DNA from: Promethearchaeota archaeon
GTDB taxonomy: Archaea; Asgardarchaeota; Lokiarchaeia; Sigyniarchaeales; SOKP01
DNA: 62,860 bases
NCBI GenBank assembly: GCA_011364975.1
Contig: RDOE01000009.1
Coordinates: 1-62,860, forward strand
Direction: 5' to 3'
Shown here: positions 58,065 to 62,860 of the stretch, one piece after another
How the letters are laid out: each line of letters opens with the position of its first letter
Numbering within the stretch: position 1 is the stretch's first letter
Program-made: the position numbers and the translations under genes
The notes under the pieces: generated by a model
What the model saw: only the letters and a program-made list of their open reading frames with translations
Database searches by the model: none
Told to the model about the DNA's origin: nothing

Positions 58065-60665
58065 ATGGCTCAGGAAACTAATTATCCTAAACGGTTTAAA
58101 TTTGAAGATATTCAAAATAAATGGATAGAATATTGGAATAAAGAGAAACTTTACGCATTTGATATTGATAAAAATGGCCAAATATTTTCAATAGATACGC
58201 CTCCTCCATTTGTTAGTGGTGTACTTCATATTGGTCAATATTTAAATTATGCTTGGATTGATTTTGTTGCACGTTATCATAGAATGAAAGGAGAAAATGT
58301 TTATTTCCCTCAAGGATGGGACTGCCATGGATTACCTGTAGAATTAGCAGTCACCAAATATTATAAAGTAAAGAAAGACAATAGAGAACTCTTTCTTCAA
58401 AAATGTAGAGAATGGGTAGAAAGTAATATTGAAAATATGACGAGACAGTTAAATATTTTAGGATATTCTACTGACTGGAACTATACCTACCGAACAATGA
58501 ATGATAATTATAAATATAAAGTCCAATTATCACTTCTCTATTTTTTTAATAAGGGTTGGTTATACCGAGAAAAATTCCCAACTCATTTTTGTGTTAATTG
58601 TGAGACTTCTTTAGCAAAGGCAGAAGTAAGTTATGAAGAGGAAGAAGGAAAATTATGGTTTATCAAATTACCCTTAGCAGGAAGAGAAGATGAATATCTT
58701 ACTATTGCTACTACTCGCCCTGAGTATATGGAAGCTTGTGTTGCGATATTAATAAATCCAAACGATGGGAGATACTATGATCTATCTGCTGCTGAGGTTA
58801 GTATTCCTTTTACCGATAGAATAGTTAAGGTTTATTTAGATAGTAATGTGGACATGAATTTTGGCACGGGAGTAGTTTATGTATGCACTTATGGAGACGA
58901 AATGGATATTAAATGGAAGTTGCAATATAATCTCGAAGAAATTCAAATTTTTACGGAAGATGGGCATTTAAATGAGAACTCAAAATACAAGGGTCTCACA
59001 ATTACCGACGCTAGGGAGCAAATTGTAAAAGATCTTGATAAAATGGGATTAATCGTAAAAGTTGAGGATTATCCACATAGTGTTATTATTCACAGTGAGC
59101 GTTCCTCTTGTAGAAAGCCTATCGAATATTTACCAGTTTATCAATGGTTCATTAATATAAAGGATTTTACCGAGGACATTCTTGAATCTGGAGAAGTCAT
59201 GAAATGGTATCCCGAGAAGCAAAAACAAAGATTAGTTGATTGGGCTAAGGGTTTAGATTGGAATTGGGTTATTTCGCGACAAAGAATATTTGGGACGCCT
59301 ATTCCTTTTTGGTACTGCGAAGATTGTGGAGAGATTATTGCACCAAAAAAAGAGGATTTACCGTTAGATCCTGTAAAAAAGACACCACCATTGAAGAAGT
59401 GCCCAAACTGTAATAGTACCAAATTAATCGGAGAGAAAGATGTATGCGACTGCTGGATAGATTCTAGTATAACTCCACTTGTAATCTCCAAATGGGAAGA
59501 GGATTCAAATTTTTTTAAGAAAGCCTATACTGACGCAATAATGCACAGATCCCAAGGTTATGAAATAATTCGAACATGGTTGTTTTATACACTTTTTCGA
59601 TGTAAAATGTTAACAGGTAAACCCCCTTTTTATGAAGTAATGATTAATGGTATGGTAGCTGGTCCTGATGGTAGGATCATGTCAAAAAGTCTTGGAAATT
59701 ATATCTCACCAGATGAGGTTGTCCCTCAGTATGGAACAGATGCAGTTCGATATTGGACTGCCATGGGGTCTTTAGGAGATGATTATCCGTTTGAGTTTAC
59801 TTGGATAAATCTTCAAAATAAACAACCTGTTTCGAAGGAACTTATAATGAAGGAGATGCAAAATTTAAGTAAAGATAAATTTAATAAGAAATATCAAAGA
59901 AGGTATGAACAATTAATTGGGGCATCTAGATTACTAACTAAAATTTGGAATGCTTATAGATTTTTATATTTAAATTTAGATAAAATAGAGATATCAGATT
60001 TAATCTATAATTCAAAAGAGCTATCAGCAATTGATTGCTATTATTTTTCTGAATTCAATAAGATAATAGAAACCATCACAAATCATTTTGAAGGATATAA
60101 TTGGCATGAGGCGACCATGATCTTGCGCAGTTTTTTCTGGAATGATTTATGTGATAATTATATTGAAGCAATTAAATACAAGTTTTATTCCGAGGATGAA
60201 TCCTTAAGGAAACGTTCTTTAAGAAATGCATTAATTTTATTTTATAACATCTTGAAAGTTTTTTCAGTAATAATGCCATTCATTACTGAAGAAATATATC
60301 ACATTTTATATAAGCAATTTAAGGAGCTTAAATCAATTCACCTCGAGAATTGGGCGCAATCTTTTACAAACTTAAGTGAGGAGTTAATTCAATATGGAAA
60401 ATTAGGGATAGACCTTATTAGAAATTTAAGAAACATCAAATCAAAGCTTCAAATCCCTTTGAATCAAGAAATTTCTGAAGTTTATATAATAAGTGTTAAA
60501 GATAATGTAAATTATTTAGAATTAATAAAATCAGATATTTCAAACACTCTAAGGATCAATAATTTGATATTTTTAAAAAAACCACAGAAAAAAACGATCA
60601 AGCGGACCCCCGATTTAAAAGAAGATTACACGGATTTAGGATTATCAATATATTTCTTTAAATAA
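58065..60665 (+). CDS. valS: Valyl-tRNA synthetase (archaeal type)
   Basis: IDTPPP.VSG.LHIGQ, GWDCHGLPVE, ATTRPE, WVISRQR.FGTPIP and IMSKS. Confidence 0.93.
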   Translation: MAQETNYPKRFKFEDIQNKWIEYWNKEKLYAFDIDKNGQIFSIDTPPPFVSGVLHIGQYLNYAWIDFVARYHRMKGENVYFPQGWDCHGLPVELAVTKYYKVKKDNRELFLQKCREWVESNIENMTRQLNILGYSTDWNYTYRTMNDNYKYKVQLSLLYFFNKGWLYREKFPTHFCVNCETSLAKAEVSYEEEEGKLWFIKLPLAGREDEYLTIATTRPEYMEACVAILINPNDGRYYDLSAAEVSIPFTDRIVKVYLDSNVDMNFGTGVVYVCTYGDEMDIKWKLQYNLEEIQIFTEDGHLNENSKYKGLTITDAREQIVKDLDKMGLIVKVEDYPHSVIIHSERSSCRKPIEYLPVYQWFINIKDFTEDILESGEVMKWYPEKQKQRLVDWAKGLDWNWVISRQRIFGTPIPFWYCEDCGEIIAPKKEDLPLDPVKKTPPLKKCPNCNSTKLIGEKDVCDCWIDSSITPLVISKWEEDSNFFKKAYTDAIMHRSQGYEIIRTWLFYTLFRCKMLTGKPPFYEVMINGMVAGPDGRIMSKSLGNYISPDEVVPQYGTDAVRYWTAMGSLGDDYPFEFTWINLQNKQPVSKELIMKEMQNLSKDKFNKKYQRRYEQLIGASRLLTKIWNAYRFLYLNLDKIEISDLIYNSKELSAIDCYYFSEFNKIIETITNHFEGYNWHEATMILRSFFWNDLCDNYIEAIKYKFYSEDESLRKRSLRNALILFYNILKVFSVIMPFITEEIYHILYKQFKELKSIHLENWAQSFTNLSEELIQYGKLGIDLIRNLRNIKSKLQIPLNQEISEVYIISVKDNVNYLELIKSDISNTLRINNLIFLKKPQKKTIKRTPDLKEDYTDLGLSIYFFK

Positions 60666-60688
60666 TTTTATTTCACTTCTTTAAGGTC

Positions 60689-61405
60689 ATGAAAAAAGTC
60701 GTAAGTATCATTATTCCCGCTTTTAATGAAGCTAAATCAATTAAAAGTGTATTACAAAAGATTCCCCAATTTTCGCAATTAATCTTAAAAGTTTTTGTAA
60801 TAGATGATGGAAGTACGGATAATACCTCAGAATTAGCAAGTAAATCAGGTGCGATAGTGATTTCAAATCCAAAAAATTTGGGTTTAGGAATATCCTTTAA
60901 AGTGGGGTTATATCATGCATTAGAACAAGGTTCTGAAATTATTGTAATATTAGATGGTGATGGTCAGTATAATCCACATAATATTGGTGATTTAATAAAT
61001 CCCCTACTTAATAACGAATCGGATTTAGTAATCGGAAATAGGTTCTTAAATAAATCTATTTCAGAAATGAGTATTATAAAAGACACTGCAAACAGAATCA
61101 TTTCTATATTCATTTCCAAAATTTTATTACTTTTAAATGAAAATTATGATGTTCAATCATCTTTTAGAGCTTTTAATAAAAATTTTGGAAAGTTTTTATA
61201 TCAAAAATTAGAGGGAAAATATAATTATGCTCAAGAAATGTTTATTATCGCAATTCTCTTTAGATACAAAATTAAACAGATTCCAGTCAAATGCTATAAA
61301 AGAACTTATGGAAAATCAAAATTAATAAAGAGCCCACTTCTTCATCTTTTTAAGATCTTATATATTACCTTTAAAACTTATTTTAAAATCACAATTTTCC
61401 ACTAA
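60689..61405 (+). CDS. GT2 family glycosyltransferase (DPM synthase-like)
   Basis: IIPAFNE, DDGSTD, LDGDGQ and DLVIGNR. Confidence 0.9.
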   Translation: MKKVVSIIIPAFNEAKSIKSVLQKIPQFSQLILKVFVIDDGSTDNTSELASKSGAIVISNPKNLGLGISFKVGLYHALEQGSEIIVILDGDGQYNPHNIGDLINPLLNNESDLVIGNRFLNKSISEMSIIKDTANRIISIFISKILLLLNENYDVQSSFRAFNKNFGKFLYQKLEGKYNYAQEMFIIAILFRYKIKQIPVKCYKRTYGKSKLIKSPLLHLFKILYITFKTYFKITIFH

Positions 61406-61408
61406 ATA

Positions 61409-62278
61409 TCATTTCTGTTCTGTTTCAAGGCCTAATTGTCCAATCATAACTTTTTTCAATTCCTCTTTATTTTTTGGCAATCCAAACATTTCAGAATATT
61501 TATCTGTAGTGGTTAATTCATCCGATCTTCCTTTTTTAACTGCAGAAACGAGATCGTTATCAATTAAATATTTAACGTGTTCATATGCTCCTGTACCTCT
61601 CAATTTAATAACCAAAGATTTTAAAATCGGTTGCTTCAATGCTATTACTGTTAATGTCCTGAGGTAGCGTTCAGCAATACCTCCTCCACTTGAGAATTTA
61701 GCAACTCTTTCAACATATTCTGATCTTAACGCCATTTGATATTTTTCTCCTACTTGGTTAATGATTAACGAAGTAGCACGGTCCATGTAATCAAGAGCTA
61801 ATTCTTGGATTAAAATTTCAACCTCCTTTTTAGGTATCTCTAATTTAGTTGATAGTTCTTCTACATCCAAGGGCTTACCGGAAGCATATAGTGAGGCTTC
61901 AATAAGGTTACGATTTATTACGGCAACTTGAGCTTCCAAATCTTCTTTGCTTAATTCAATAGAATCTTCTTTAATAGAATAACCATTTAGTTCATCTTCT
62001 TCATTAACTAATTCCGCTATTTCATCTTCCTCATCATCTAATACCTTTAGTTCAGCCTCTAAATCATCTAGTTCATCTTCTTCATCAAATATTTCCTCTA
62101 GTTCATTTTCCTCATCATCTAATTCCTCAATTTCACCTTCATTATCATCAATTTCCTCTAATTCAGCTTCCTCAGAGATTATTTGCGTAAAATCTTCCTC
62201 TTTATCCTCAGATTGATTATCCTTATCACTTTCATTCTCTTCAATATCTTCAATTTCATTTTTGTTTGTTTCATTCAT
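61409..62278 (-). CDS. scpB: SMC segregation protein ScpB with an acidic N-terminal extension
   Basis: IEASLYASGKPL, LRTLTVIALKQPI..S.V..LRG and TTDKYSEMFGL. Confidence 0.9.
   Translation of the reverse strand: MNETNKNEIEDIEENESDKDNQSEDKEEDFTQIISEEAELEEIDDNEGEIEELDDEENELEEIFDEEDELDDLEAELKVLDDEEDEIAELVNEEDELNGYSIKEDSIELSKEDLEAQVAVINRNLIEASLYASGKPLDVEELSTKLEIPKKEVEILIQELALDYMDRATSLIINQVGEKYQMALRSEYVERVAKFSSGGGIAERYLRTLTVIALKQPILKSLVIKLRGTGAYEHVKYLIDNDLVSAVKKGRSDELTTTDKYSEMFGLPKNKEELKKVMIGQLGLETEQK
61991..62180 (-). repeat. Degenerate ~30-nt (10-aa) tandem repeat encoding the acidic ScpB N-terminus
   Basis: Units starting TTCA at 61991, 62021, 62051 (21 nt), 62072, 62102, 62132 and 62162 on the plus strand. 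Confidence 0.65.
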
Positions 62279-62308
62279 ATCTTTTCACCTTTATGCAGAT
62301 AGGAAATT

Positions 62309-62860
62309 TTACCTTAAATTAATGTTAAAATCTTTAAAATCTTCATCTTGATGGAGTAAAAGTTTATTTCCAGTAGACAAAAACATTAACGCTAAAAATA
62401 GTTTTACAAATGCGAACTTTCGATCAATATCACTAGTCTCCTCTTCCTTTATCATTTTTGCCAGTTCATAGAAAGATAATTCTTTCTCATCTAGACTTAT
62501 TTTTGCTTTAATTTTATTATGCCATGATTCTAGTAATTCTTCGATACTTTGTTCTCTTCCACTAATATGTTTCAGAAGTTCTCTTGGTAAGCTTGCTTTT
62601 GAACGCATCTGTATTCTTTCTTGCTTTAATTCTTCTTTACGTAATGCTCGTCTTCTTAATTTCTCTCTATTTTGCATAGTTTCTATTATAGCCGATCTCA
62701 TAGCGTCAAATAATTCTTCTTTAGTGGAAATCATTAATTTTGGTTGAATAGGTTGAGGCAGTGCCTTGGGAATTGTTCTAGAATGTTGCTGTCTTAACTT
62801 TTCCAATTCTTCCTTTTTCTGTATCTCCTCCTCTTGTCGTATAATACTCGATATTTTATA
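62309..62860 (-). CDS. scpA: ScpA kleisin, C-terminal part; frame is open to the window edge
   Basis: FVKLFLALMFL....L.L.QDEDF.D winged-helix signature; directly upstream of scpB. Confidence 0.8.
   Translation of the reverse strand, partial: YKISSIIRQEEEIQKKEELEKLRQQHSRTIPKALPQPIQPKLMISTKEELFDAMRSAIIETMQNREKLRRRALRKEELKQERIQMRSKASLPRELLKHISGREQSIEELLESWHNKIKAKISLDEKELSFYELAKMIKEEETSDIDRKFAFVKLFLALMFLSTGNKLLLHQDEDFKDFNINLR

Noticed and set aside
59790-59910. Insert in valS as a possible in-frame intron
   Set aside because: No hairpin or bulge-helix motif is visible; it reads as ordinary coding sequence.
1-62860. CRISPR arrays, IS elements, integrases, rRNA, replication origin
   Set aside because: None seen. 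Intergenic regions are short and AT-rich without regular repeats, there is no tRNA 3' duplication, and no cdc6 or ORB-like repeats were recognised.

Overview
AT-rich archaeal chromosomal segment of mostly housekeeping genes, most consistent with an Asgard archaeon (Lokiarchaeia-like). The assignment is inferred from eukaryotic-signature-like genes (a Bet3/TRAPP-V4R pair, a gelsolin-like protein, a longin-like protein) next to archaeal MCM, GINS23, Topo VI, ScpAB and F420 genes. The window also holds leuS, valS, a LipS2-LplA-LipS1 lipoate cluster, cofE/cofD, two MoxR-type AAA+/VWA modules, HDAC, UvrD, coaBC, pyrE, an orphan Dam-like methylase, a glycyl radical enzyme and tRNA-Ala(CGC). Main finding: top6B appears to be interrupted by a 31-nt bulge-helix-bulge-type (tRNA-endonuclease-type) intron at 45318-45348 on the minus strand. 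Cutting at the standard bulge positions restores the reading frame and the conserved N-terminus (GFEFGYWKHS-QYIAEFLDNALDA). The unspliced message gives a 53-aa truncated peptide. The tRNA-Ala gene carries a similarly built 32-nt intron at non-canonical position 32/33. MCM carries a 524-aa LAGLIDADG intein with an extra HTH. All protein calls come from motif recognition by eye; no database searches were run.
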